Origin: Rhodobacterales bacterium
GTDB lineage: Bacteria > Pseudomonadota > Alphaproteobacteria > Rhodobacterales > Rhodobacteraceae
DNA length: 64,000 nucleotides
Assembly: GCA_003228875.1 (NCBI GenBank)
Contig: QIGK01000093.1
Span: 515-64,514 of the forward strand
Reading direction: 5' to 3'
Under the pieces are notes generated by a model, which saw only the letters and a list, made by a program, of their open reading frames with translations, was not told the origin of the DNA and ran no database searches. The translations under genes and the position numbers were made by a program. Within the stretch, counting starts at the first letter, position 1. Each line of letters opens with the position of its first letter. Shown here piece after piece: positions 7,419-17,798 of this stretch.

Positions 7419-8585
7419 ATGGCAAAAATCGCTTGTATCGAAGATTTGCGTGTGTTGGCCAAGCGCCGGGTCCCCAAGATGTTTTATGAATATGCGGATT
7501 CCGGTTCTTGGACCGAATCAACTTATCGAAACAATGCCTCGGATTTTGCCCGTATCCGTTTGCGCCAAAAAGTGGCGGTGAATATGGAAAATCGCAGCCT
7601 TGCCAGCACCATGATCGGGCAGGATGTATCTATGCCGGTGGCGCTGGCTCCGACTGGGTTAACCGGCATGCAAAGTGCTGATGGTGAGATTAAAGCCGCC
7701 AAAGCTGCCGAGAAATTCGGGGTGCCTTTTACGCTCTCGACCATGTCGATTTGCTCGATCGAGGATGTGGCCGAGAACACAACCGTGCCGTTCTGGTTTC
7801 AGCTTTATGTGATGCGTGACAAGGATTATCTGGGAAAATTGATCGATCGTGCCAAAGCGGCGGGGTGTTCTGCACTGGTGCTGACGCTGGATTTGCAAAT
7901 CATCGGCCAACGGCATGCGGATTTCAAAAACGGGTTGACCGCGCCACCAAAACCGACGCTTCGCAATATCGCCAATATGGCCACCAAGGTTCGTTGGGGG
8001 CTGGGCATGCTGGGCACAAAGCGGCACAGTTTTGGCAACATTGTTGGCCATGTTGCGGGGGCTGAAAAAATGGGCAGTTTGGCGGAATGGACCAACGAAC
8101 AGTTTGACCCAGCGCTAAGCTGGGAAGATGTGCAGTGGATCAAAGAGCGCTGGGGCGGGAAATTGATTATCAAAGGTATTCTGGATGCGGATGATGCCAA
8201 ACTGGCGGTGAAATCCGGCGCGGATGCCATTATCGTTTCCAATCACGGCGGGCGGCAGTTGGATGGCGCGCTTTCGGCGATTGAAATTCTGCCTGAAATT
8301 GTCAAAGCGGTTGGTGAAAAAGTCGAGATTCATATGGATGGCGGCATCATGAGCGGGCAAGATGTATTGAAAGCCATCGCGCTGGGTGCAAAGGGCACTT
8401 ATATTGGCCGCGCCTTTTTGTATGGGCTGGGGGCAATGGGCGAACAAGGTGTGACCTGCGCGCTCGAAATTATTCAAAAAGAGCTGGACCTGACCATGGC
8501 ATTTTGCGGCCATCGGCAAATAGACGAAGTGACATCCGATATTCTAATTCCCGCCGAAAAGGTGTTTAACCCTTATCTAGGCTGA
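7419..8585 (+). CDS. lldD: FMN-dependent alpha-hydroxy-acid dehydrogenase (L-lactate dehydrogenase LldD-like)
   Basis: 388 aa. [25 protein letters not shown] and GRAFLYGL motifs of the glycolate oxidase/LldD family. Confidence 0.9.
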   Translation: MAKIACIEDLRVLAKRRVPKMFYEYADSGSWTESTYRNNASDFARIRLRQKVAVNMENRSLASTMIGQDVSMPVALAPTGLTGMQSADGEIKAAKAAEKFGVPFTLSTMSICSIEDVAENTTVPFWFQLYVMRDKDYLGKLIDRAKAAGCSALVLTLDLQIIGQRHADFKNGLTAPPKPTLRNIANMATKVRWGLGMLGTKRHSFGNIVGHVAGAEKMGSLAEWTNEQFDPALSWEDVQWIKERWGGKLIIKGILDADDAKLAVKSGADAIIVSNHGGRQLDGALSAIEILPEIVKAVGEKVEIHMDGGIMSGQDVLKAIALGAKGTYIGRAFLYGLGAMGEQGVTCALEIIQKELDLTMAFCGHRQIDEVTSDILIPAEKVFNPYLG

Positions 8586-8657
8586 ATTTCGCCTTAACCA
8601 CTTGAAAATATTAACGGGTCGCGGCTACATTGGCGCGGCACACATACTGGATTATTC

Positions 8658-9323
8658 ATGCGCCGTTTATATCATCTGCCATTATCGCCCTTTTGCCGAA
8701 AAGTCCGGTTGGTTCTGGCTGAAAAAAAGATCGAGGTTGATCTGGTTGAGGAAAAATACTGGGAAAAGAACCTTGATTATTTGCGGCTGAATCCATCAGG
8801 CAAAGTGCCGATGCTGCGTATGGATGGTTTAATACTGGCGGAATCCTCGGCGATCTTTGAATATCTTGAGGAAACCCATCCAACCCCTGCATTATTACCG
8901 CGAAACCCCGCAGAACGGGCTGAAGCGCGGCGTCTGGCCAGTTGGTTTGATGATAAATTCCATCGGGAGGTCACCGCAAATCTGGTTTACGAACGGGTCC
9001 ACAAAAAACTGATGGGTGGCGGGTATCCTGACAGTAAAAACATCAAAGCCGGTTCAAAAAACATCAAATACCATATTGATTACATGGGGTGGCTTTTGGA
9101 GGGCCGGCGTTGGTTGGCTGGTGATATGATGACCATCGCTGATTTTACCGCAGCCGCGCATTTCAGCACTTTGGATTATGTCAATGACATAGACTGGTTG
9201 CGCAATCGCAATGTCAAAGACTGGTATGCCAAAATCAAATCACGGCCTGCCTTTCGCAATATTTTGCGGGATCAACTAGCCGGTTTTGTGCCGCCGGATC
9301 ATTACACAGATCTTGATTTTTGA
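8658..9323 (+). CDS. Glutathione S-transferase family protein
   Basis: 221 aa. N-terminal thioredoxin-like part [35 protein letters not shown] and a helical C-terminal domain. Confidence 0.87.
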   Translation: MRRLYHLPLSPFCRKVRLVLAEKKIEVDLVEEKYWEKNLDYLRLNPSGKVPMLRMDGLILAESSAIFEYLEETHPTPALLPRNPAERAEARRLASWFDDKFHREVTANLVYERVHKKLMGGGYPDSKNIKAGSKNIKYHIDYMGWLLEGRRWLAGDMMTIADFTAAAHFSTLDYVNDIDWLRNRNVKDWYAKIKSRPAFRNILRDQLAGFVPPDHYTDLDF

Positions 9324-10360
9324 TGCAGGAACTGGCCCAATCACTGCGCGAACAAGCGTTTGAGGTTGGTTTTGAACAGGTCGGTATCTGCGCGCCCGAT
9401 GCGGTTCCGGCCACCGCCGGACGCTTAGATGAATTTCTCAAAAACGGCTATCACGGCCAGATGAGCTGGATGAATGAGCGCGTTAACTGGCGCGGTAACC
9501 CCGCAGCGCTTTGGCCCGAGGCCAAATCGGTGATTATGTTGGCGCAGAATTACGGGCCGGACGAAGACCCGTTGCGTCTGTTAGAAATGCGGGATCGAGG
9601 CTCGATTTCAGTTTATGCACGTAATCGGGATTATCATGACCCTGTCAAAAAACGTCTGAAACGGCTGGGGCGTTGGTTGATTGAACAACAGCCTTGCCAA
9701 ATAAAGGTGTTTGTTGACACTGCACCGGTGATGGAAAAACCACTGGCGCAGGCGGCTGGGCTGGGTTGGCAGGGCAAGCATACCAATGTTGTCAGCCGCG
9801 AACTTGGCAGCTGGTTTTTTCTGGGGGCAATTTTTACAACCCTGGACCTGCCCAAGGATATAGCGGATGTGGACCATTGCGGAAATTGTACCAAATGTCT
9901 CGATATTTGCCCGACTGACGCCTTCCCCGAGCCTTATAAACTGGATGCGACGCGCTGCATCTCTTATTTGACCATCGAGCATTCCGGCCCGGTTCCCGAA
10001 GCCCTGCGCTCAAAGCTGGGCAACCGGGTTTACGGGTGTGATGATTGTCTTGCGGTTTGCCCGTGGAACAAATTTGCACAGGTGGCTGCTGATGCCCGAT
10101 ATTGGGCCAGAATAGAATTACGCTGCCCAAAATTGGCGCATTTGGCCAGCCTTGATGATGCGGGGTTTCGAGACGTTTTTCAAGGCTCACCCATTAAACG
10201 CATTGGCCGCAACCGGTTTGTGCGCAATGTTTTATATGCGATCGGGAATTCGGGCAAAAAATCATTGATCCCCACTTGCGAGACTTTGATGCAAGACCCA
10301 GACGCCACCATTCAGGATGCAGCTGGCTGGGCGCGCGCGCGGATTTTAGGGGCAGCATGA
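9323..10360 (+). CDS. queG: tRNA epoxyqueuosine(34) reductase
   Basis: 345 aa. Two 4Fe-4S motifs ([16 protein letters not shown] and [13 protein letters not shown]) and C-terminal HEAT-like repeats. The ATG overlaps the GST stop (TGATG). Confidence 0.92.
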   Translation: MQELAQSLREQAFEVGFEQVGICAPDAVPATAGRLDEFLKNGYHGQMSWMNERVNWRGNPAALWPEAKSVIMLAQNYGPDEDPLRLLEMRDRGSISVYARNRDYHDPVKKRLKRLGRWLIEQQPCQIKVFVDTAPVMEKPLAQAAGLGWQGKHTNVVSRELGSWFFLGAIFTTLDLPKDIADVDHCGNCTKCLDICPTDAFPEPYKLDATRCISYLTIEHSGPVPEALRSKLGNRVYGCDDCLAVCPWNKFAQVAADARYWARIELRCPKLAHLASLDDAGFRDVFQGSPIKRIGRNRFVRNVLYAIGNSGKKSLIPTCETLMQDPDATIQDAAGWARARILGAA

Positions 10361-11217
10361 ACAAAACGCTTTTGATTTTTGGTTATGGGTATACAGGGCA
10401 GGTTTTTGCCAGTGTCATGCGTCGCGACGGCTGGCGGGTTATCGGCACTAGCCGCGAAGCAGAAAAAGCCGTTGGACAAGACATTATTCAATGGCCCGGC
10501 AGCGATATTTCGACGGCTTTAGCGCAGGCAACCCATGTGTTGATCAGCGCTGCGCCTGACCTTAACGGTGATCCGTTTTTGGCGCGCCTTGCACCCGAAT
10601 TTGAACAGGCTGCCAGCCATTTGCAATGGGTCGGGTATTTGTCGACCACCGGTGTTTACGGGGATCATGGCGGCGGCTGGGTGGATGAAACCAGCGCTTT
10701 GACCCCCGCAACAACAAGGGGCCATCACCGTGTGGCGGCTGAAAAGCAATGGCTGGGGCTGTTTGAAAGCCATACATTGCCTGTGCATATTTTTCGGCTT
10801 GCCGGGATTTATGGCGATGGGCGCGGGCCGTTTGCCAAAGTTCGAAATGGCACTGCGCGCCGGATTATCAAGGCAGGGCAGGTGTTTAGCCGAATTCATG
10901 TTGAAGACATTGCCCAAGTGCTAAAGGCATCGATTGCAAGGCCGGATGTGGGCAGTATTTATAATATCTGTGATAATGACCCAGCCCCGCCTCAAGATGT
11001 GATCGCTGAGGCGGCACGGCTGCTGGGTATGCCTATTCCCAAAGCGATTGATTTTGACACCGCTGATTTAACCCCTATGGCGCGTAGCTTTTATGCGGAA
11101 TCAAAAAAGGTTGCCAATGACAAGATCACGCAAAAACTGGGCGTCTCGTTGATCTACCCCGATTACAAAACCGGACTTCGCGCTTTGTTGAAGGCAGAGC
11201 GTAGTGTAAGTAAATGA
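10357..11217 (+). CDS. SDR-family NAD(P)-binding protein (atypical epimerase-like)
   Basis: 286 aa from ATG 10357 (ATGA overlap with queG). Rossmann start [11 protein letters not shown], plus [10 protein letters not shown] and FRLAGIYG. Confidence 0.8.
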   Translation: MNKTLLIFGYGYTGQVFASVMRRDGWRVIGTSREAEKAVGQDIIQWPGSDISTALAQATHVLISAAPDLNGDPFLARLAPEFEQAASHLQWVGYLSTTGVYGDHGGGWVDETSALTPATTRGHHRVAAEKQWLGLFESHTLPVHIFRLAGIYGDGRGPFAKVRNGTARRIIKAGQVFSRIHVEDIAQVLKASIARPDVGSIYNICDNDPAPPQDVIAEAARLLGMPIPKAIDFDTADLTPMARSFYAESKKVANDKITQKLGVSLIYPDYKTGLRALLKAERSVSK

Positions 11218-11289
11218 ATCACCTCGCTTTGCATTTTGAATCCCTGTAAAAACAAACTTAGAAAAGCAACAGATTCGGTGTGGGGTATT

Positions 11290-13377
11290 ATGTCTGTAAT
11301 TGGTCGTTTGATCGTGACAACTTTGCTGACTGCTGGCATTGCGCCAGCGGTGAATGCGCAGAATTTTGGTGCCAGTTTTGGCAGCAACGGGTCTGTTGGT
11401 ATTATTGATATGCCAAATGCGGTCATGCAGCCTGACGGGCAGACAAGCTGGTCGTTTGTTGGCAATGGCACCATGTCCGGCGCGACCTTTAATTTTCAGC
11501 TTTTGCCTTGGATAGAGGCATCAACCCGTTCGGTAATACTGGATGACTGGACCGCGCCGGGTGTTGCATTTGGCGACACGGCGCTGGACCTGAAATTTCA
11601 GCTTTTTAGGGAGGGCAACATGCGCCCGGCCGTGGCGCTGGGGTTTCGTGATTTTTTGTCAAACGGGCCAACCACCAGCGAATATCTGGTTGCCACCAAA
11701 GGCTTTGGCTCAAATTTACGGGTATCGGCTGGGGTTGGCTGGGGTCGACTTGGCACTTATAACCCGATTGGTGAATTTTTAGGCCCGCGCCCAGCCATGG
11801 ATAACGGCATTGGCTTTGATCATCTGTTTGCTGGCGACGCTGCTTTATTTGCTGGGGTTGAGTGGCAAACACCCATCGATAATCTGACCTTCAAAGCTGA
11901 ATACTCTTCGGATGCTTATACCGGCGAGCAGGTTTTTGGCGATTTTGAACGCGATTCACCGTTTAATTTTGGTTTGGAATATCAGCTTGGCCCGCATATT
12001 GCCTTGGGCGCCTATTACAATTATGGCACTGATTTTGGCTTTCGGGTGACCGTTAGCGGCAATCCCAACGCGCCAATTACCCCGCAAGACATCGGTGCCG
12101 GCCCCGCGCCGGTTAATGCTCGGCCACATGATGTCACCCGTGATACAGCTTGGGCCGCCAACCCGGCGGTGCGCAATGCCATGATTAATGCATTGGCGGA
12201 TGCGCTGGGCAATGACGGCATTCGTGTCAAACAAGGGCGCATTGATGGCAATGTGCTGGCGCTTTATATCGACAATACCAAATATTCCCGTAACCCGATG
12301 GCGGTTGGGCGTTTGGCGCGAATTTTGGCGGGGTCTGCTCCGGCTTCGGTTGAGATATTCCAGATTACCTTGATGGCGGGGGCGCTGCCAACCACCACAA
12401 TGGAAATTCGCCGCTCTGATCTGGAAGCGCAGGTTGATCGCCCCGATGCGGGCATGCGCAGTTTTGAAACCACCCAATTTAGCGATGCCCCGTTCAATAT
12501 TGCCGGTGATACAGTATGGATGCCGGATGTTTACCCGCGATTTTCATGGTCAATAAACCCAAGAGTGCCGATTAACCTGTTTAGCGCAGGCGGCGTTGGC
12601 CAGTTAGATTTCCTGCTTGTTGGCAATGCGAATTACCAAATTTCCCGTGGATTTGGGCTTAACATGGCAGTTTCACAACGCTTGGGCGGTAATATTGGCG
12701 AAGGCGCGGGCCCATCTGTTAGCCCCATTCCGCATGTGCGCAGCGATGTCGCACTTTATGACAATACCGGTCCGGTGGTAACGCGGCTGACGGCGGATTA
12801 TCTGTTTAAGGTCAACCCTGCTGTTTACGGACGGGTTTCAGCTGGTTATCTGGAGCGGATGTTCGGCGGCATCAGTGGTGAATTGCTGTGGAAACCCACC
12901 AACCAAAGCTGGGGCACAGGGGTTGAATTATCTTACGTCAAACAACGCGCTTTTGATTCCATGTTCGGGTTTCAGGAATATGAAGCCCTGACCGGCTTTG
13001 CGTCGGTATACTGGAATACCGGATTTCAGGAACTAGAAGCACAACTGGATGTTGGCCGTTATTTGGCCGGCGACTGGGGAGCGACGTTCAGCCTTTCTCG
13101 CCAGTTTACAAATGGCTGGGAGGTTGCCGGTTTTATCACCCTGACCGATGTCAGCTTTGCAGATTTTGGCGAGGGGAATTTTTCTAAGGGAGTTTCGCTG
13201 ACCATTCCTTTTGCGTGGACATTGCCGTTTGAAAGTAGGTCTTCGGTTTCGGTCAATCTGGCTGGTTTTGGCAATGATGGCGGCGCGCGGTTGAATATCG
13301 CCAACCGGCTGTATCCGATTATCCGTGGCAATTCCGTGATCGATTTGAATGAAAGCTGGGGAGCATTTTGGCAATGA
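11290..13377 (+). CDS. yjbH: YjbH-domain outer-membrane exopolysaccharide protein (GfcD/YjbH family)
   Basis: 695 aa from ATG 11290, with signal peptide ...APAVNAQ. Aromatic/Gly-rich beta-barrel-like sequence along its whole length. Translationally coupled to a YjbF-like lipoprotein. Confidence 0.82.
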   Translation: MSVIGRLIVTTLLTAGIAPAVNAQNFGASFGSNGSVGIIDMPNAVMQPDGQTSWSFVGNGTMSGATFNFQLLPWIEASTRSVILDDWTAPGVAFGDTALDLKFQLFREGNMRPAVALGFRDFLSNGPTTSEYLVATKGFGSNLRVSAGVGWGRLGTYNPIGEFLGPRPAMDNGIGFDHLFAGDAALFAGVEWQTPIDNLTFKAEYSSDAYTGEQVFGDFERDSPFNFGLEYQLGPHIALGAYYNYGTDFGFRVTVSGNPNAPITPQDIGAGPAPVNARPHDVTRDTAWAANPAVRNAMINALADALGNDGIRVKQGRIDGNVLALYIDNTKYSRNPMAVGRLARILAGSAPASVEIFQITLMAGALPTTTMEIRRSDLEAQVDRPDAGMRSFETTQFSDAPFNIAGDTVWMPDVYPRFSWSINPRVPINLFSAGGVGQLDFLLVGNANYQISRGFGLNMAVSQRLGGNIGEGAGPSVSPIPHVRSDVALYDNTGPVVTRLTADYLFKVNPAVYGRVSAGYLERMFGGISGELLWKPTNQSWGTGVELSYVKQRAFDSMFGFQEYEALTGFASVYWNTGFQELEAQLDVGRYLAGDWGATFSLSRQFTNGWEVAGFITLTDVSFADFGEGNFSKGVSLTIPFAWTLPFESRSSVSVNLAGFGNDGGARLNIANRLYPIIRGNSVIDLNESWGAFWQ

Positions 13378-14078
13378 TACGTGCCAATACTGCCTTGCTC
13401 ATGACTGTCTTTCTTGCTGGATGTTCGTCTAGCGGTGGCACAAACCCTGTTCTTTCCGCTGTTTGGGAACAGGTCAAACCCGGTAGCCGAGCCGCAGCCG
13501 CAGAACTGGCAGCAGAGCAAGCGGCACGCACACCGATTGTTCTGACATTTGAGTTAATTCAAGACACAGGGCTTGCTATCATTCGGGCGCGGGTTGGCGA
13601 TGATACCAAAGGTGTTTTGCTTTTTGCGCGGTCGCTGAACGATGACTATGTTACCTATGCCTCGCAGTTACAGCAAACGCTTACCTTACGTGGCAGCCTG
13701 ATCACTGCCAGCCGTGGCATCGACACCGACCTATTGGCCCTGCGCAGTGACATTGATGACCCTGTCGCGGTGCTGACAATGCCCAAAGACTGGCCATCAA
13801 ATATTTCAAGAGATTACCACATGCCCGGCGACGGCCCGAGCGGCATTGTCTATTCGGTGACCTGTCAGTTAGAGGCCGGATCAGCGTATGAACTGGCGTT
13901 GCTCGACAAGGTTTTTGAGACCCAGATTATGCAATATATGTGTGACGGGGATGATGTCAGTTTTATCAACACCCATCTGGTTGATGCGACAGGTCAGATA
14001 TTGCAATCCAGCCAATGGCTGGGGCCAAGGCAGGGTTCTATCGAAATTGATGTGTTGGAGCCATTTACATACGACTAA
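13374..14078 (+). CDS. yjbF: YjbF-family lipoprotein (GfcB-like)
   Basis: 234 aa. Lipobox LAGC. Collinear similarity to E. coli YjbF segments (..YVTYASQLQQTLTLRGSLITASRG.. and ..THLVDATGQILQSSQWLGP..). ATGA overlap with yjbH. Confidence 0.68.
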   Translation: MIRANTALLMTVFLAGCSSSGGTNPVLSAVWEQVKPGSRAAAAELAAEQAARTPIVLTFELIQDTGLAIIRARVGDDTKGVLLFARSLNDDYVTYASQLQQTLTLRGSLITASRGIDTDLLALRSDIDDPVAVLTMPKDWPSNISRDYHMPGDGPSGIVYSVTCQLEAGSAYELALLDKVFETQIMQYMCDGDDVSFINTHLVDATGQILQSSQWLGPRQGSIEIDVLEPFTYD

Positions 14079-14177
14079 AAAAACGGAGAAATCGAGGTTC
14101 CTCTGCTTAAATGCGTTTAGAGATATTTAGTCATCTATCCACCGACGCTAGGCGTTAGGGTCTAGGATGATGATGGG

Positions 14178-14381
14178 TTATCCTTCTTCTTCTTCATTCC
14201 CTGTCAGCGCCAAGATCAAAACGCCAAGAATAACAAGCGGGATCAACCAGCTACCAGAGCCGCCCATGGCTGCTGGCTCTTCGATCATGGTTACTTCGGG
14301 GGCCACGAAGGCAACGGTGCCAGCGGTTGCGGCTGCTGCGGAAGCAATAGTTGCGATTGCAATTGCGAATATTTTTTTCAT
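14178..14381 (-). CDS. Tiny secreted/membrane-anchored protein (signal peptide, short linker, GGSGS, TM helix, acidic tail)
   Basis: 67 aa: MKKIFAIAIATIASAAAATA / GTVAFVAPEVTMIEEPAAMGGSGS / WLIPLVILGVLILAL / TGNEEEEG. It stands alone between two intergenic spacers. Confidence 0.55.
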   Translation of the reverse strand: MKKIFAIAIATIASAAAATAGTVAFVAPEVTMIEEPAAMGGSGSWLIPLVILGVLILALTGNEEEEG

Positions 14382-14560
14382 GTTAAATCCTTAAGATAAT
14401 TTCAAACCATCAAATCAGTCATCCAGAGCAACTGAATATCCGGCACAGTAACAAACATTTAGTCGAAAAAAAAAGATACCTGAGCCGAGTGACACAAAAA
14501 ATGCGAATTTCGCAAATTACTGCGGCAAAAATGCACCACTTGGCGGTCAGATATGATGGT

Positions 14561-15136
14561 CTAGATCAGAATTACTTGGGTGCCAACTTTGCAACGCCCG
14601 AACAGGTCCAGAATGTCTTCGTTATACAAACCGATACAGCCGTTGGAAGCTTGACGTCCGATTTTGCGCGTATCGTTGGTGCCGTGAATACGGTAATATT
14701 GCCAGCTAAGATACATGGCATGGGTGCCCAACGGGTTTTCCGGGCCGGCGCCAACAAAACGCGGCAAATCCGGGTCACGGCGCAGCATATTCGGGGTTGG
14801 GCGCCATTCCGGCCCGACAACCATTTGCACAACAGAGGTGCGGCCGCGTTTGGTTAATTCTTCGGTCAGGGGAACGCTGGTGGGGTAAATCAGGTATTCT
14901 TCTTCTTCGGACCAGAAATGCAAAACCCGTCCGCGCGTATCTGAAACAATGACGCCATTGCGCAGATTGCTAAAATGATTGCGCCAATCCACGGTAACAA
15001 AGCTGGCGCTGACATAGCTGGGCGCGGCCAGATTTGCGCCGATGGCTTGTTCCTGCGCTTTGGCCAATGTCGGGCCCATAACCCCGGTCGCCAAAATAGA
15101 TGTGGTAAAGCTGCGTCTTGATAGTTTATTTTTCAT
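14561..15136 (-). CDS. L,D-transpeptidase (YkuD domain) with Tat-like signal
   Basis: 191 aa from ATG 15136. SRRSFTT signal and catalytic HGTNDTRKIGRQASNGCIGLYNEDILDLF. Confidence 0.88.
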   Translation of the reverse strand: MKNKLSRRSFTTSILATGVMGPTLAKAQEQAIGANLAAPSYVSASFVTVDWRNHFSNLRNGVIVSDTRGRVLHFWSEEEEYLIYPTSVPLTEELTKRGRTSVVQMVVGPEWRPTPNMLRRDPDLPRFVGAGPENPLGTHAMYLSWQYYRIHGTNDTRKIGRQASNGCIGLYNEDILDLFGRCKVGTQVILI

Positions 15137-15287
15137 GTTCCAAACCTTAAAATTCGAGTTCGGCCTCACTGTATTCAATTCAGCCAAAAGGTGCAACTCA
15201 CACTGCTGTCATTGATACACTTCGGTGTTTGTATCCTGCCCGATTTGGCGTTAAAGACCTGAGGGAGTATTTTTAGGAGATGGACGA

Positions 15288-15812
15288 ATGGTTCGTATAA
15301 CTGCTTTGGTATTGGCGATCACGCTGGGTTTGGCAGGGTGTGTCCAAATCGGTGGTGACGTTGCGTCTAATATCATTGATCCGCGAGAAGCCCATGCCAT
15401 GCGCCTGAACCAGATGGATCTGGTAAATACCATTCGCGCTGGCCAAGGTTTGCAGGCTGTGACGCTGTCACCCCAGTTGACGGCAGCAGCGGAGACCCAT
15501 GCGCGGGATATGGCTGCGCAATTGCGGGCATGGAATTTTGGCTCTGACCGATCATCCCCCCAAACCCGTGCGGAACGTGCCGGGTTTGTCGGATTAATCA
15601 CCGGTGAAAATGTTGCCGAGACCTTTTTAGGGCCCATTGAGATGTTCCAGTCCTGGAATACCGACCCGCGCGCCAGAGCTGCGATGCTGAACCCAGCTGC
15701 CACCCATATGAGCCTTGGTTGGTTTCAGGAAGAAAGTGGCAAAATCTGGTGGGTTCAACTAATTGGTATGCAGCAAAGCGCCGAAACACTGGTTATCGCT
15801 GAATCACTATAG
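15288..15812 (+). CDS. CAP/SCP (PR-1-like) domain lipoprotein
   Basis: 174 aa. Lipobox LAGC, plus L..AAE.HARDMA, GENVAE and SWNTDPRARAAMLNPAATHMSLGW, typical of the bacterial CAP domain. Confidence 0.85.
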   Translation: MVRITALVLAITLGLAGCVQIGGDVASNIIDPREAHAMRLNQMDLVNTIRAGQGLQAVTLSPQLTAAAETHARDMAAQLRAWNFGSDRSSPQTRAERAGFVGLITGENVAETFLGPIEMFQSWNTDPRARAAMLNPAATHMSLGWFQEESGKIWWVQLIGMQQSAETLVIAESL

Positions 15813-16290
15813 GCGTGCCAATTGGCACGCGACGCCAGATTTCCTCGATTTCAGCATTGCTGACAGCGATGCAGCCCGCTGTCCAGTCTTCGGGGTTTCT
15901 TCTGGCGGGGCGACCATCACTGCCATGAATAAAGATGTCGCCGCCCGGATCAACGCCGTTGGCGGCTGCTTGGGCGCGGTCATTTGCGTCTGGATAAGAA
16001 ATACCAAGGCTTAGGTGAAACAGGCTGTTGGGGTTCAGGCGGTCAATAAAATAGGTGCCCTCAGGGGTACGCCCGTCACCCTCAAATTGTTTGTCGCCTT
16101 CGGGTTCAAAGCCAAGCGCAATGGTAAACTGGCGGATCGGCGCGCCGTCACGGTATAAATATAGCTTTCGGCTGTCCTTGAAGATCACAACCATATCGGC
16201 CATTTCTTCATTGCTTGTGGCGCGTGCGGTGCTGGCAGCGATTACTGCCGCTGCACCGCCCAGCATAATTCTACGAGAAATAGCGTTCAT
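15793..16290 (-). CDS. L,D-transpeptidase family protein (YafK-like)
   Basis: 165 aa. Tat-like SRRIMLGG, GDGRTPEGTYFI, and catalytic FIHGSD...TAGCIAVSNAEIEEIW. Its 3' end overlaps the CAP gene by 20 nt (convergent). Confidence 0.88.
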   Translation of the reverse strand: MNAISRRIMLGGAAAVIAASTARATSNEEMADMVVIFKDSRKLYLYRDGAPIRQFTIALGFEPEGDKQFEGDGRTPEGTYFIDRLNPNSLFHLSLGISYPDANDRAQAAANGVDPGGDIFIHGSDGRPARRNPEDWTAGCIAVSNAEIEEIWRRVPIGTPIVIQR

Positions 16291-16376
16291 GATTTTACCT
16301 TAATACCTGTTAGGCTTTTCCTATGCCAGAATCTCACATTGGAAAAGCGCTTTTTTAGGCTTGGGCAGAATCCCAC

Positions 16377-17795
16377 CTATTTTAATATAGTTTCCGGCCC
16401 CATAATTGAATTTGGCAGATAGGTCGAGATCGACGGGATGTAAGTCACCAAAATCAGGAACACAAACAAGATCCCCAACCAAGGCAATGCCGCGCGGACA
16501 ACCCGCATCATCGGCATATTGGCCACGCCCGAGGTCACAAACAGATTCAGCCCCACCGGCGGCGTTATCATGCCGATTTCCATGTTAACCACCATGATAA
16601 TACCCAGATGGATCGGATCAATGCCCAGCTCGATGGCAATTGGAAACACCAGCGGAGCCACGATCACAATCAGGCCCGACGGTTCCATAAATTGGCCGCC
16701 AACCAGCAGGATGACATTCACCAGAATCAAAAACATGACGGGGCCAAAACCTGCCGAAAGCATAACACCGGCAATTTGCTGGGGGATTTGCTCCTCGGTT
16801 AACACATGCTTTAGCAGCAAGGCGTTTGCGATGATGAACATTAAGGTGACGGTCAGCTTTCCAGCATCAAACAGGGTATCGCGGGTGTCACTGTGGAACC
16901 ATGCGGTCACCAGCGCGTGGGGGCGTCTGAACAGGGATTTGGCTTTGGTGCCTTCGGCGGTTGCCAGTGGGCCCATGTCTTTATAGACAAAATTCGCAAT
17001 CAAAAATGCGTAAACAGCGGCCACAGCAGCGGCCTCGGTGGGGGTAAATGCACCGGGCTGCCAAACGACGCCCAATGATGGCCAATACCACGGGTGGCCA
17101 TAAATGCCGCCCATAATGATCACCATTAGAAACAGGCCCCAAATCGCATCACGGCCAGAATGAAACACTTCGCCCCAGCCAAGCCATTTGCCTTTTGGCA
17201 GGTTTTTGACCCGCGCATAAATATAAATGCCGACCATCAACATTGTGCCTGCCAATATGCCCGGAATAACGCCAGCCAAGAACATGCGGCCAACCGAAAC
17301 ATCCGTGGCAGAGGCGTAAACCACCATCACAATAGAAGGCGGAATAAGAATGCCAAGCGTGCCCGAAACCGCAATAACGCCAGCGGCAAAATCTTTGGTA
17401 TAGCCAATTTTATGCATACCAACGATGATAATGGAGCCAATCGCAACCACCGTTGCAGGGGAAGAACCCGATAGGGCGGCAAACATCATACAGGCCAGCA
17501 CACCGGCAATGGCCAGACCGCCGGACAAATGCCCGACAAGCGCAATGGCAAACCGGATTATTCGCCTTGCCACCCCGCCGGTGGACATAAAACTGGAGGC
17601 CAGAATGAAAAACGGAATGGCCAGCAAGGTTGGGTGAGCAAACATGGCCTGAAACATGGTTTGGCCAACCGAAGCCAATGAGGCTTCTGAATAGATCAGT
17701 TGAAAAATAATAGAGCTAAGGCCCAATGAGATCGCGATGGGCACACTCAACAGCAAGAGGCCGATCACCATGCCAAATAAAATTACAATTTCCAT
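16377..17795 (-). CDS. dctM: TRAP transporter large permease subunit
   Basis: 472 aa polytopic DctM-family protein, immediately downstream of dctQ and dctP. Confidence 0.93.
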   Translation of the reverse strand: MEIVILFGMVIGLLLLSVPIAISLGLSSIIFQLIYSEASLASVGQTMFQAMFAHPTLLAIPFFILASSFMSTGGVARRIIRFAIALVGHLSGGLAIAGVLACMMFAALSGSSPATVVAIGSIIIVGMHKIGYTKDFAAGVIAVSGTLGILIPPSIVMVVYASATDVSVGRMFLAGVIPGILAGTMLMVGIYIYARVKNLPKGKWLGWGEVFHSGRDAIWGLFLMVIIMGGIYGHPWYWPSLGVVWQPGAFTPTEAAAVAAVYAFLIANFVYKDMGPLATAEGTKAKSLFRRPHALVTAWFHSDTRDTLFDAGKLTVTLMFIIANALLLKHVLTEEQIPQQIAGVMLSAGFGPVMFLILVNVILLVGGQFMEPSGLIVIVAPLVFPIAIELGIDPIHLGIIMVVNMEIGMITPPVGLNLFVTSGVANMPMMRVVRAALPWLGILFVFLILVTYIPSISTYLPNSIMGPETILK

Positions 17796-17798
17796 GGT

